Shown piece by piece: positions 35,930 through 45,617 of a stretch of DNA of 64,000 nt; the stretch's first letter is position 1; every line of letters begins with the position of its first letter. Origin of the DNA: an uncultured Solirubrobacterales bacterium (GTDB lineage: Bacteria; Actinomycetota; Thermoleophilia; Solirubrobacterales; Solirubrobacteraceae); contig CAVWOK010000010.1 in NCBI GenBank assembly GCA_963756585.1, positions 524-64,523 on the forward strand, in the 5' to 3' direction. The position numbers and the translations under genes were made by a program. A model generated the notes under the pieces. The model saw only the letters and a list, made by a program, of their open reading frames with translations, made no database searches and had not been told where the DNA came from.

Positions 35930-37529
35930 GCTGTCCCCGGCCCTGGTTCGCTCGGCGCTCGAGCTCGCGGGTAGCCCGGAGCCGGCAGCGACTCCGTCTC
36001 CGCGCGTCGAGCGCCTCGGTGCCCACCAGGTCCTGCGCTACGCCACCGCCGAGGAGGCCGAGACCTACCGCCGGATCATGCGCGTGCTCTACCTCGAGCA
36101 TCAGTCGTTCGGCCTCCGCTTGCGGCCGGCGCAGGTCGCCGACCGGCTGCGTCACCGCTACGCGCGCGACATCGATCTCGAGTGGCTCGAGGAGCGCCTC
36201 GCGCAGCTCGACCACTGGGGCGCTCTCGAACGCGACCACGACGCGAGCCTCGCCTCGACGGCGGCCGAATGGCGGCGCAACCGCTACACCTATGACGTCA
36301 CCCCGGCCGGCAGGCTGACCGAGGAGCTGCTGGCGCGGCTCGACGCGCTCGGCGAGGAGATCGGCCGGCTCGACACGGCGCGTCTGCCGGCGATCCGCGA
36401 CGCGCTCGCGCAGCTCGCCGCCGAGCTCGAGCGGGCCGAGCCGGACGGCACGCAGCTGAGGGCGCTGTTCGAACGGCTGCTGGCCGAGGTGGAGGCGCTG
36501 CACGCCGGAGCCCTGACCTTCATGCGCTCGCTCGGCGACCTGATGCGAACGGTCGAGCACGTCGGTGAGGACGAGTTCGAGCGCGGCAAGGGAGCCTTGC
36601 TCGAGCACCTGCAGGGGTTTCGCAAGAGCCGCATGCGACACTCGGCCGAGATCCTGGCGCTGATCGAGCGGATCGAGGAACGCGGCCCTCACCACCTCGT
36701 CGACTTGATCGTCGGCGCGGAGGCGTTCGTCGCCCTGCCCGGGGGCACGACCGTCGAGGAGCAGCGCGCACGGCGGCACGCCGAGCTGCTCGGTCGCTGG
36801 CAGGGCCTTCGCGGATGGTTCGTCGGCGATCAGGACAGCGGCTCGCCGTGGCGCACGCTCAACGATCAGGTCGTGGACGCGATTCGCGCCGTGCTCGCGA
36901 TCGCCGAACGGCTGATCGAACGCCGTTCCCAGCGGATCGATCGCACCGGCGCACTGCTGCACCTCGCCGCCCGCGTGGCGGCCGCGCCCGCCGGGGAGGC
37001 GACCGCGTGGTTGCGAGCGGCATTCGGTGTCCGAACGCCTCGTCACGTCTCCGTGCCGCACGCCGACGACGAGCAACTCGCCGATCGTGGTCGCGTCTCC
37101 TGGCTGCAGGCGCCGCCGGCCCCGGTGGTCGCCCACCTGCGAACTCCGGGAGCCCGCACACCCGGAACCGGGAGGGGGGCGCAGGTCGTGGACCTGTCGG
37201 ACGGGCGCGAGCAGTTCGAACAGCGGCGGCAGGCTGAGCGCCGCGAGCTGGCGAAGCTGCTGGCACGGTTGGCCGACAGCGCTCCAATCAAGCTTTCCTC
37301 ACTCGGGCGGGTCAACGCGTACGAGTTCCGGCACCTGCTCGCCTGGATCGGCCGTGCCTACGAGTCTCCGCCGGGCCGCGACGGCATGCGGCGGGCGAGC
37401 TCGACCGACGGCCGCGCCACGATCGCGCTGCGCCAGCCCCGCGACCCCCTGCGCGAGCGCGCGCGCTTGCACGCACCCCACGGCAGGCTGGATCTGCCGG
37501 ACTTCGAGATCGAGGTGTTGACCAGGTGA
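35919..37529 (+). CDS. jetA: Wadjet type II JetA (TIGR02677/DUF2397-like)
   Basis: 'LRYATAEEAETYRRIMR', 'LAQLDHWGAL', 'EWRRNRYTYDVTPAG'. First gene of a 4-gene overlapping operon. Confidence 0.8.
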   Translation: MAPELSPALVRSALELAGSPEPAATPSPRVERLGAHQVLRYATAEEAETYRRIMRVLYLEHQSFGLRLRPAQVADRLRHRYARDIDLEWLEERLAQLDHWGALERDHDASLASTAAEWRRNRYTYDVTPAGRLTEELLARLDALGEEIGRLDTARLPAIRDALAQLAAELERAEPDGTQLRALFERLLAEVEALHAGALTFMRSLGDLMRTVEHVGEDEFERGKGALLEHLQGFRKSRMRHSAEILALIERIEERGPHHLVDLIVGAEAFVALPGGTTVEEQRARRHAELLGRWQGLRGWFVGDQDSGSPWRTLNDQVVDAIRAVLAIAERLIERRSQRIDRTGALLHLAARVAAAPAGEATAWLRAAFGVRTPRHVSVPHADDEQLADRGRVSWLQAPPAPVVAHLRTPGARTPGTGRGAQVVDLSDGREQFEQRRQAERRELAKLLARLADSAPIKLSSLGRVNAYEFRHLLAWIGRAYESPPGRDGMRRASSTDGRATIALRQPRDPLRERARLHAPHGRLDLPDFEIEVLTR

Positions 37530-38725
37530 CGCTGCGCGAGGTCGATGACCGCGACGAGCGCACCCAGGCGTTGAGGGCGCTGCTCAGCTCTCCGTTCGTC
37601 GGCTCCGGCGACCCCGCCTATGCATTGATCCGCCGCCACGAGCGCGAGCTCGCCGCCACAGTGCAGTCCACGTACGGCTACCAGCTCGAGGTGGTCAGCA
37701 CCGCGGCCCGCGCGTCGGGGCCGCCCACGCCGGCCGGACTGCGGCGGCCGCTGCGAGTGCGGCCGGCGTCGATCAGCGGACGCAAGCGACCCCCCGACGA
37801 ATGGCCGGCGCTCAGCGACCGGGGATGCGTGATCCTCCTGTTGACGCTGGTCGCGCTCGAACGCAGCGGCGCCCAGACCGCAATCGCCGAACTCGCCCGG
37901 GACGTCGAGCGCGCCGGCAGCGACGTCGAGCCGCAGGTCAGAATCGACTTCCGAGATCGCTCCGAGCGAGTGGCGTTCGCCGACGGGCTCGACCTGCTGT
38001 GCTCGTGGGGGGTGCTCGAGCATACGGCGGGCTCGCACGACAGCTACCTGCGCCACGAGCAGGGCGACGACGAGGCGCTGTTCACGGTCGACCACCGGCG
38101 GCTCGCGCTGCTGCTGCGCGACCCGGCCGCGGCGCTCGAGGCAGCCACGCTCGAGCAGCTCGTCGATGACAGCCGGTGCCATCCCCCGACCCCGGAGGGC
38201 GCGAACCGCGCCCGCGCCGAGCGGCTGGCGCGCGCGCTGACCGAGGATCCGGCCCTACTGCTGGCCGATCTCGACGAGGACGACCGCGCCTATTTCCTCG
38301 GCCAGCGCGCGCGGATCGAGGGCGCGGTCGCTGCCGCAACCGGCTATCAGGTCGAGCGCCGCGCCGAGGGCAGCTCGCTGGTCGTGGACGACCGCTCGTT
38401 CACCGATGTGCCCTTCCCGACCAACTCGACCGTCAAGCAGCTCGCGCTGCTGCTGTGCGACGCGCTGGCCGCCGCCGGGCCGGACGGAGAGCTCACCACC
38501 GAGGCGATCCGCGACTCGGTCGCGGCCCTAGTCCAGGCTCACGGCCGCCACTGGGAGCGAAGCGCCGACGATCCGGCGCAGGTGACCGCGCTGACCGAGG
38601 CCGCCACCGACGTGCTGCTCGCGTGCGATCTCGCCCGCCGTTCGGGACCGTCGAGCCTCCGGGCACGTCCGCTCGCCGCCCGCTTTCGCGCTCCCGAGGT
38701 CCGCACCAGCGAGAGTCGCGCATGA
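37526..38725 (+). CDS. jetB: Wadjet type II JetB (TIGR02678/DUF2398-like)
   Basis: 'ALRALLSSP', 'RLARALTEDPALL', 'GYQVERRAEG' and 'FPTNST'. Coupled to both neighbours by 4-nt overlaps. Confidence 0.8.
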   Translation: MTLREVDDRDERTQALRALLSSPFVGSGDPAYALIRRHERELAATVQSTYGYQLEVVSTAARASGPPTPAGLRRPLRVRPASISGRKRPPDEWPALSDRGCVILLLTLVALERSGAQTAIAELARDVERAGSDVEPQVRIDFRDRSERVAFADGLDLLCSWGVLEHTAGSHDSYLRHEQGDDEALFTVDHRRLALLLRDPAAALEAATLEQLVDDSRCHPPTPEGANRARAERLARALTEDPALLLADLDEDDRAYFLGQRARIEGAVAAATGYQVERRAEGSSLVVDDRSFTDVPFPTNSTVKQLALLLCDALAAAGPDGELTTEAIRDSVAALVQAHGRHWERSADDPAQVTALTEAATDVLLACDLARRSGPSSLRARPLAARFRAPEVRTSESRA

Positions 38726-41700
38726 GCCCGAGCTCCGGCCGGTGGCGACCGCGGCGCGCCGGGATCATCAACCTGTACGAGTACGCCAACCAGGTGTTCG
38801 ACTTCGCCGGCGGACGGCTGCTGCTTCGCGGCCACAACACGTCGGGCAAGACCAAGGCGCTGGAGCTGCTGCTGCCGTTCTGTCTCGACGGCGACATCAA
38901 CCCGCGCAAGCTCGATCCCTTCGGGGCCGGATACAAGGACATGAAGTGGAACCTCGTCGGGTGCACCGGTGACGTCAAGCGCATCGGGTACGCGTGGCTT
39001 GAGTTCGAGCGTCTCGACGAATCGGGCGCGAGGCAGCGCTTCACGGCCGGGGTCGGGATGCGCGCGCACCAGGACGTGACCGACGTCACCCGCTGGTACT
39101 TCGTGGCTCGCAACCGCACTGTCGGCGCCGACCTGTCGCTGCTCAGCGGCCGCGACCCGCTGAGCAAGGCCGAGCTGGTCGCGGTGCTCGGCGACGACGG
39201 CGAGGTGGTCGACACCCAGCGCGACTACCGCGGCCGCCTCAACGACGTGCTGTTCGGGTTCGGCGGCGAGGAGCAGTACCAGACGATGCTCCGGTTGATG
39301 CGGGATCTGCGACGGCCGCACCTGTCGAAGACGCTCGATCCCGAGCGGGTCGCCGCGCAGCTGACGGTCGGACTCCCGGAGGTCGACGAAGCGCTGATGC
39401 GGCGCCTGGCCGGTGGCCTCGAGCAACTCGAGACGCTCGAGCGCGGCCTGGGGCGCCTGCGGGACGTGCGCGAGCGCGTGCGGCGCTTCCACCAGCGGAC
39501 CTACAGCGCCTACGCCCGCGCTGTCGTGCGCGAGCGCGCCGACTCGCTGCGCCAGGCCCAGACGGCGGTCGACGGCGCCGCCGAGCGGTTGCGGGCGACG
39601 CGCGCCGAGCTCGAAGCAGAGCGCGAGCGGGCCGCGCGAGCCAGCGACGCGAGCGATGCGGCCGAGGCCGCGCTCGAGCGCCTGAACGCCGAGCAGCACG
39701 CGCTCGTCAGCGAGGCGGCGTGGTCGTCGGTGACCGAGGTCGAGACGCTTCGCGAGCTTGCCCAGACGCAGGCACGAGCCGCCGCGGCGGCGCGCCAGCA
39801 CGCCGACGACGCCGGCGCCGCGGCCAGCTCGCTCGAGGCCGAGCTGATCACCGCGCGGGCGGCGGCCGCCGAGCAGCGCGAGCGTGCGGGCGGCGAGCTC
39901 GACGCCCTGATCGCGCTCGCCATGGAGGCGGGGCTCGAGCGGCGTGCGACGGTGCTAACGGACCAGCTGCGCGTCGGCTCGCTCGACGCGGACACGTGGG
40001 GGCCGCTGCTGCGCGAGCTCACGGGCGATTGGCTCGACGTGCTGCACCGCCACCGCGAGCTGTTGCGCGAGCAGGCCGGCGCCGCGGCGGTCGCCGAGCG
40101 CGCCCGCGCCGAGGAGCGCACGGCCGCCGCGCGGGTCGAGCAGGTCGCAGCCCGGCGAGCGGCCTGCGAGCAGCAGCTCGAACAGGCTTGCTCGGCGCTC
40201 ACCGCCGCGGTTACCAGCTGGCGCTCCGGGCTCGCGCAGCTCGAGCTCGACGACGACACCGCGGCGGCGGTGCTGGAGCTCGGGCACGCGGGCAAATCGC
40301 CGCTGCCGGCGCTGTCTGAAGTGGTCGACGGTGCGCGGATGACGTTCGCCGAGGAGCGCTCGGCGCTCGCGAGCGCGCGGGACGTCGCGGTCGCGGCGGT
40401 GAACGAGACCGAAGCCGAGATCGACGGGCTGGCGACCGCCCGCGACGACGGCCCGCGGCTGCCCGACTGGTCGCGGTCGGACCGGGCCACGCGCGCCGGA
40501 GCGCCGCTCTGGAAGCTGATCGACTTCCCGGCGGACCTACCGGCCGCCCGTCGGCCGGCGATCGAGGCGGCGCTCGAGGCGTCCGGGCTCCTCGACGCGT
40601 GGGTGACGCCGAGCGGCTCGGTCGAGGATCCCGCGCTCGCCGACGTCGTGTTCACGGGCGCCCGGGCCGCCGACGGCGAGTCGCTGCTCGGCGTGCTCGA
40701 GCCGGTTCCCGATCAACCCGTCGCCGCCGACGTCGTGCGCCGGCTGCTCGCCAGCATCGGGCTCGGGAAGCGCGAGGCCGGACCATGGATCGACGTCGAG
40801 GGTCGGTTCGCGCTCGGCCCGCTCCGCGGCCGCGGCGCCAAGCAGCAGGCAGAGCACGTCGGAGCCGCCGCCCGCGAGGCCCGCCGCGCCGCGCGGGTCG
40901 CCGCGCTGCGTGAGCAGATCGGTTCACTCGAATCGAAGATCGCACGCTGCGACGCCGCACTCTCCGAGGTCGACCGGCGCCGCGAGGCGCTTACGGCCGA
41001 CCTGGACGCGCTGCCCGGGGCCGACGCGGTCGCGTCGGCGCTCGAAGCAGTGCGAGTGTGCGCCGCCCTCGAGTCCGACGCCGAGCGCACCCACGAGCAG
41101 GCGTCAGCCACGGCTCGCTCGGCCGCCGACGCCGAGCTGGCCGCGGACGCGGCGCGCCGTGAGCACGGGGTCGCGCATGGCCTGGTGGCCGCCCTCGATG
41201 AGCCCGGGCTCGACCGGCTCCGCGACGCAACCGCCGAGCTGGCGGCCTCGGGTGCCACCGTCGGCCGATCGTGGGCGCTGGCCGAGCGCGAGGGGCAGGC
41301 CGCGGACGCGCTGGCGGGGCGGCTGTCGGAGGCCCAGGAGGCGGCGACCGAGCGCCAGCGACGAGCGCGTGACGAGCAGGCCGAGGCCAGCCGTCTCGCC
41401 GCCGAGCACGCGGCGCGCGAGCAGGCGCTGGGCACAACCGGTGCCGAGCTGCGCCGCCGGCACGAGCAGGTCGTGACCGAGCTGAAGGCCACACGCGAGT
41501 CGCACCGGGGGGCCGGGGAGGCGGCGCGGGACGCGCTGGTCGCGGTCGCCGGGCTGGAGCGCGATGACCGCTCGCGTGCCGATGACCACGAGGCCGCGCG
41601 CGAGCAGCGAGAGCGCGCGAGCGTCGCCTTCCGGCAGCTCGCGCAGGCGAAGATCCTGCAGCTGGTGATGGCAGACGGCGCGCCCGCCGACGCCGGCCAG

Positions 41701-42753
41701 GCCGCCGCCTGGACGTTCACGCGAACGCTCGAGGTCGCGCGGGCGCTGCCGCCGGAGCTTGTGTCGGTGCGCAGCGGCTCCGGTGAGCTCGGGATCGAGG
41801 TGCAGCGCGGCGTGCAACTTTTGGACCGGGAGCTGGCCGAGGCCGACATGGGAGCCTACGCGCGCCGGGGCGAGGACGGGCTGCTGCTGGTGCAGGTCAC
41901 CGAGGGCGGCGGCGAGCAGCCACTCGGGCAGATCCTCGACACCCTCGCGACGGAGATCGCCGATCGCGAGCAAATCCTGACCGCCGAGGAGCGCCGGGTG
42001 TTCAACGACGCGCTCGTGGAGGAGATCGCCGACCACATGCGACACCGCATCCACGAGGTGCGAGGCCGCGTCGAGCGGATGACCGAGGTGCTCCGTCGCA
42101 GCCCCACCGCCGCTGGCAAGACCGTCGAGCTCGAATGGCGTCCGGTCGAGGACGACCAGGGAACCCAACGTGCGGCGCTGGCGCTGTTGCGGCGCGACGT
42201 GCGCCATCTCGGCGAGGACTCGCGTGCCGAGCTGGTGGCGTTCTTCAGGGCCAGGATCGAATCGGCGCGCCGCGAGCACGCCTTCGGCGCGGAGCCGAGG
42301 CCGATGGCGGACACGCTGATTGAGGCGTTCGACTACCGCAAGTGGTTCGCGTTCGAGCTGCACGAGCGCAGCGACGCGGGGCGGATGAGGCTGACCAAGC
42401 GCCGGCACGCGGTCGGGTCAGGTGGGGAGCAGTCGGTGCTGATCCACCTGCCCCTGTTCGCCGCCGCCGCCGCGCTGTACGCGGACTCGCAGGCGCCGCG
42501 CTTGATCATGCTCGACGAGGCGCTGTCGGGCATCGACGACGAGACCCGGGAGCGCGTGCTCGAGGCGACGGTCGCGTTCGACCTCGACCTGGTGATGACC
42601 TCGCACGAGCTGTGGGGCACGTATCGCTCCGTGCCGCAGCTCGCGATCTACCAGCTGCACCGCGAGAACGGCGCCTTCGGCGTGCACGCGATCCCGTTTT
42701 TGTGGGATGGCGACGTGCTGCGCGAGCTGGAGCAGGACGAGCTGCTGGTTTGA
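38722..42753 (+). CDS. jetC: Wadjet type II JetC, SMC-like ATPase (TIGR02680-like), about 1343 aa
   Basis: Walker A 'RGHNTSGKTK', long coiled coils with central 'PLWKLIDF...LEASGLLDAWV' hinge, signature 'SGGEQS' and Walker B 'IMLDEA'. ATG 38722 overlaps the jetB stop. Confidence 0.9.
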   Translation: MSPSSGRWRPRRAGIINLYEYANQVFDFAGGRLLLRGHNTSGKTKALELLLPFCLDGDINPRKLDPFGAGYKDMKWNLVGCTGDVKRIGYAWLEFERLDESGARQRFTAGVGMRAHQDVTDVTRWYFVARNRTVGADLSLLSGRDPLSKAELVAVLGDDGEVVDTQRDYRGRLNDVLFGFGGEEQYQTMLRLMRDLRRPHLSKTLDPERVAAQLTVGLPEVDEALMRRLAGGLEQLETLERGLGRLRDVRERVRRFHQRTYSAYARAVVRERADSLRQAQTAVDGAAERLRATRAELEAERERAARASDASDAAEAALERLNAEQHALVSEAAWSSVTEVETLRELAQTQARAAAAARQHADDAGAAASSLEAELITARAAAAEQRERAGGELDALIALAMEAGLERRATVLTDQLRVGSLDADTWGPLLRELTGDWLDVLHRHRELLREQAGAAAVAERARAEERTAAARVEQVAARRAACEQQLEQACSALTAAVTSWRSGLAQLELDDDTAAAVLELGHAGKSPLPALSEVVDGARMTFAEERSALASARDVAVAAVNETEAEIDGLATARDDGPRLPDWSRSDRATRAGAPLWKLIDFPADLPAARRPAIEAALEASGLLDAWVTPSGSVEDPALADVVFTGARAADGESLLGVLEPVPDQPVAADVVRRLLASIGLGKREAGPWIDVEGRFALGPLRGRGAKQQAEHVGAAAREARRAARVAALREQIGSLESKIARCDAALSEVDRRREALTADLDALPGADAVASALEAVRVCAALESDAERTHEQASATARSAADAELAADAARREHGVAHGLVAALDEPGLDRLRDATAELAASGATVGRSWALAEREGQAADALAGRLSEAQEAATERQRRARDEQAEASRLAAEHAAREQALGTTGAELRRRHEQVVTELKATRESHRGAGEAARDALVAVAGLERDDRSRADDHEAAREQRERASVAFRQLAQAKILQLVMADGAPADAGQAAAWTFTRTLEVARALPPELVSVRSGSGELGIEVQRGVQLLDRELAEADMGAYARRGEDGLLLVQVTEGGGEQPLGQILDTLATEIADREQILTAEERRVFNDALVEEIADHMRHRIHEVRGRVERMTEVLRRSPTAAGKTVELEWRPVEDDQGTQRAALALLRRDVRHLGEDSRAELVAFFRARIESARREHAFGAEPRPMADTLIEAFDYRKWFAFELHERSDAGRMRLTKRRHAVGSGGEQSVLIHLPLFAAAAALYADSQAPRLIMLDEALSGIDDETRERVLEATVAFDLDLVMTSHELWGTYRSVPQLAIYQLHRENGAFGVHAIPFLWDGDVLRELEQDELLV

Positions 42754-43994
42754 GCCAGGCGCAGCTCGACCCAGCTCTTGACCGAGCCCTGCTGGCCGCG
42801 CGCGACAAGCGCGAACAGCGCGGCGCGGCGGGCGACGGGCGGATCGTCGTCGGCGATTTGACGGCGGAGGAGGCGCTCGCCCTCGACGGGCTGCTGTCGC
42901 CGTCGCGCCGCAAGCCGGTGCTCGCCGGCGCGACGGTGAGAGTGGCGCTGTCGCAGTTCGAGGCGGCGCTGCGGTCGTGCGGGATCGATCCTGGGCGCGA
43001 GTACGAGCGCGCCGCCGGCAGGCCGCTGCGTGACCTTCCCGCCGAGCGCGCCGCGCAGAAGGTGCGCCGGGGCGAGTTCCGCTCCTGGCTGGCCTCGAAT
43101 CCCGTGGTTGTGTCGCGGCCGGGTTTGGCGCAATGGTTTGACCAGTCGGTCCGCCAGGGCCGGGTGCACGAAGGGATGCGCAGGCTGGTTTCGCAGGCGC
43201 TCTCGGTCCTTGCCGCGCTTCCCGCATTGGAGCCGATCCAGCGCCCGGTGCTGGCGGCGAGGCTGCTCGACGGAGACCCGCACGCGCTCGATGTCGGCAC
43301 GCCGCTGCACGGCCTGACGGTGTCGCTGCTCGCGGCCGCCGCCGGTCTCGATCCCGACTTGGGTGCCCGTGACGTCTGGGCGGCGTGGAACGTGATCGTC
43401 GACCCGATCTCGTCGAACGTGGCGGTGCTCAACCTGCCGTTGCTCGGAGACGGTCCAGCCGTGGCTGCCGTCCGCACGACGCGCGGGACGCACACGATCC
43501 TGACCTACGGTCAGCTGGCCGCCAGCGATCTGGCCTGGCCGCCCGGGGTGGCTTGCTTGAGCTGTGAGAACCCGTCGGTTCTGGTGGCGGCGGAGCGACA
43601 GCTCGGTGCCGCCTGCCCGCCGCTGATCTGCACCGGCGGGCGCCCGTCGGACGCGGTGCGGTTGCTGCTGTCAGTTGTTTGGCGTGCGGGCGTGCGGGTG
43701 CGCCACCACGGCGACTTCGACGAGGCCGGCGTTCAGATCTTTCGCGACCTTGAGGAGCGTTACGGCGCGTTGCCGTGGCGGTTCGATGTGCCGTCGTTGT
43801 CCGACGCACTCGAGCGGATCGGAGGGCTTGTGCCGGCGCCGCGGCCCGTGACGCTCGAGGAGTGCGTGCGGCGGCTTGACCGGTTGGTGGCGGAGGAGCT
43901 GGTGATCGATCAGCTGATCGCCGATTTGGCTCAGGCCGGCCGTCGTGACGCTCTCACCCACCCTGCCGTGACGCTCTCATCCGCCCTGCCGTGA
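42750..43994 (+). CDS. jetD: Wadjet type II JetD, Toprim nuclease (TIGR02679/DUF2399-like)
   Basis: 'GDPHALD.GTPL', 'CENPSV' and 'HHGDFDEAG' Toprim acidic residues. TTG start overlaps the jetC stop. Confidence 0.85.
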   Translation: MSQAQLDPALDRALLAARDKREQRGAAGDGRIVVGDLTAEEALALDGLLSPSRRKPVLAGATVRVALSQFEAALRSCGIDPGREYERAAGRPLRDLPAERAAQKVRRGEFRSWLASNPVVVSRPGLAQWFDQSVRQGRVHEGMRRLVSQALSVLAALPALEPIQRPVLAARLLDGDPHALDVGTPLHGLTVSLLAAAAGLDPDLGARDVWAAWNVIVDPISSNVAVLNLPLLGDGPAVAAVRTTRGTHTILTYGQLAASDLAWPPGVACLSCENPSVLVAAERQLGAACPPLICTGGRPSDAVRLLLSVVWRAGVRVRHHGDFDEAGVQIFRDLEERYGALPWRFDVPSLSDALERIGGLVPAPRPVTLEECVRRLDRLVAEELVIDQLIADLAQAGRRDALTHPAVTLSSALP

Positions 43995-44013
43995 CGCTCT
44001 CATCCACCCTGCC
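43945..44013 (+). repeat. 3 x 23-bp tandem repeat GTGACGCTCTCAYCCRCCCTGCC
   Basis: Units at 43945, 43968 and 43991. The third contains both the jetD stop and the antitoxin stop. Confidence 0.9.
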
Positions 44014-44326
44014 GGTCTGGCTCGTGGAGCAGGGTCACGCTCTCGTCTTCGAACACGGCGAGCACTTCGATGTGCCCTCCGAGCTCGGCGACGTAGCGCG
44101 CGATCGTCGCCAGATACAGGTCGTCCTGGGGCTCGATCACTGATCCGTCCCCCTCCATTGCGTCGAGCGCGTCGGCGATCGCCGTCTCGGAGAGCCCTCG
44201 ACGCCGACGCACCTCGTCGAGGCGCACCTCAGCGTCCATCAGGCGCTGGTAGGTGTCCATCCGCTGCTCGCTCAGCGCCCCGCGCCCGCGGATCGATCGC
44301 CAGCTCTTCTCGCTGTTGCTGCCCAT
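44000..44326 (-). CDS. XRE-HTH antitoxin (HigA2-like)
   Basis: 'LDEVRRRRGLS' and 'DLYLATIARYVAELGG'. Strong RBS GGAAAGGAGG before ATG 44326. Confidence 0.8.
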   Translation of the reverse strand: MGSNSEKSWRSIRGRGALSEQRMDTYQRLMDAEVRLDEVRRRRGLSETAIADALDAMEGDGSVIEPQDDLYLATIARYVAELGGHIEVLAVFEDESVTLLHEPDRQGG

Positions 44327-44736
44327 GCTCCCTCCTTTCCAAGCGAGCGTAGATGCTTCTCGTAGAGCTTGTCCGCGATCGGGATGTTCCGCTCGTACCA
44401 ACCCCTCCAGTTGCCCGTCTTATCCCCGCCGACGAGCAGGACCGCGTGTTTGTTCCGGTCGAACGCGAACAGCACGCGCATGTGGCCGCCGACCGACCGC
44501 AGCTCCTTCATGTTGTGATGGCTCGAGCTTTTGATCAGTTTCGCGCGGCCCTTGCCGAGGGTGGGTCCCTCACGCTCGAGCTGCCTAATCGCGGCGCCGA
44601 TCCGATTCGCGTCCTTCTCGCTGAGGGTTCTGAGCCATTTAGCGACCTGCTGCGTGTAATCGATCTTCCATGGGCCGGGATCCTTTCCGGTGGCTGGCGG
44701 GGGACCTGCGGCGGGCCTCTGCGGGGTGGTTCCCAT
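44272..44736 (-). CDS. RelE/HigB2-like toxin (Gp49/DUF891-like)
   Basis: 'LEREGPTLG', 'HHNMKELR', 'RVLFAFD', 'LLVGGDKTGNW..WYERNIPIAD'. Toxin-first order. Start uncertain. Confidence 0.85.
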   Translation of the reverse strand: MGTTPQRPAAGPPPATGKDPGPWKIDYTQQVAKWLRTLSEKDANRIGAAIRQLEREGPTLGKGRAKLIKSSSHHNMKELRSVGGHMRVLFAFDRNKHAVLLVGGDKTGNWRGWYERNIPIADKLYEKHLRSLGKEGAWAATARRAGDRSAGAGR

Positions 44737-44912
44737 GTGCGGTGAGGCGGGCACCTGCGGGGCTGATCCCATCCTGGACAGGATCAGCTGAACGCCTGTC
44801 ATGGAACAAGACGCGGTTGTGGCAGCACTGCAACATTTCTGTGAAGTCCGGGGGCGCGGCCGGGCCCTGAGCCCGCTTTCTGACCGCGTCGCGGCTAGCG
44901 TGGTTGCCATTG

Positions 44913-44924
44913 GAACGTACGTTC
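44913..44924. promoter_or_regulatory. Candidate LexA (Cheo-type) SOS box GAAC-GTAC-GTTC
   Basis: Perfect GAAC-N4-GTTC palindrome about 180 bp upstream of the toxin gene, overlapping a TACGTT -10-like hexamer. Confidence 0.5.
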
Positions 44925-44940
44925 GCCAAACAGCTTTGAC

Positions 44941-45078
44941 CGGGCGTTCCTCGTCGGCGCCGCCCTCGCCGTCGCCGGAGCGATCCTCGCCGCCGTGCTG
45001 ATCTCGTCGCGCGACAGCCACGAGCACTCGGTGACCGCCCGCAGCGGCGACCCGGCTCCCGCAGCCGCCGCCGGCTGA
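44941..45078 (+). pseudogene. C-terminal remnant of an MFS (DHA2-type) transporter
   Basis: 'RAFLVGAALAVAGAILAAVLISSRDS...*' is a last-TM-helix-like segment with no start or upstream body. Confidence 0.55.
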
Positions 45079-45087
45079 CACCCCCCA

Positions 45088-45139
45088 CGGCTCGGCGAGT
45101 GCGCGGCTTTCAGGGCTGCCGCGCGCATTCGCCGAGCCG
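45088..45139 (+). terminator. Long GC-rich stem-loop after the MFS remnant
   Basis: CGGCTCGGCGAGTGCGCGGC...GCCGCGCGCATTCGCCGAGCCG, about 20-bp imperfect stem. Confidence 0.6.
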
Positions 45140-45617
45140 CCGCGTAACAGCGCGAGCGCTTCCAGCCCTCGGCGGGATAACGAGCGCAACAGCCACACCC
45201 AGCCACGCCTGCGCGTCCGGCCGTGGCCCCCCGCTCTTGACGCACGCCGAACCGCGCGACCCCGAGGACGAGGTTCGCTACGGAGCGGGAGCATGCACCA
45301 AGCACATCCTTGATGAGCACCAGCAGCTCGAGCACGCCGAATCTCCTAGCCGTCGCGACGAGCATCTGGGCGTCGCGGCCCGCGCACCCGCAAGCGCGAA
45401 AAGCGGAAGAATCGTTCAGCCGAGGGCCCGGGCACCTGCTTGGTCGCCGCGGCGGCAGTAAGGGCGGGACTTCCGCTCTTAAACCAGAAAGGAGGCACCG
45501 GCCGACGACGCAGAGAACGCTGATGCTCTGCCAGGTTTGCGAGCACGCTGCTCGCCGGTGTCCGCGTTGTCGCGTGGGACGAGGAGCAGCGGCGATGCTT
45601 GGTAGCTCCTTTTGCCT

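Noticed and set aside
38176-38721. Long N-terminal extension of JetC in the ORF track
   Set aside because: It overlaps jetB in another frame and is Arg/Gly/Pro-rich. The real start is the ATGA overlap at 38722.
43945-44013. CRISPR array
   Set aside because: The repeats are contiguous with no spacers, and no cas genes are present.
44895-45365. 156-aa minus-strand ORF (MLVATARRFGVLELL...)
   Set aside because: No recognisable family. It runs antisense through the MFS remnant and terminator, so it is probably spurious.
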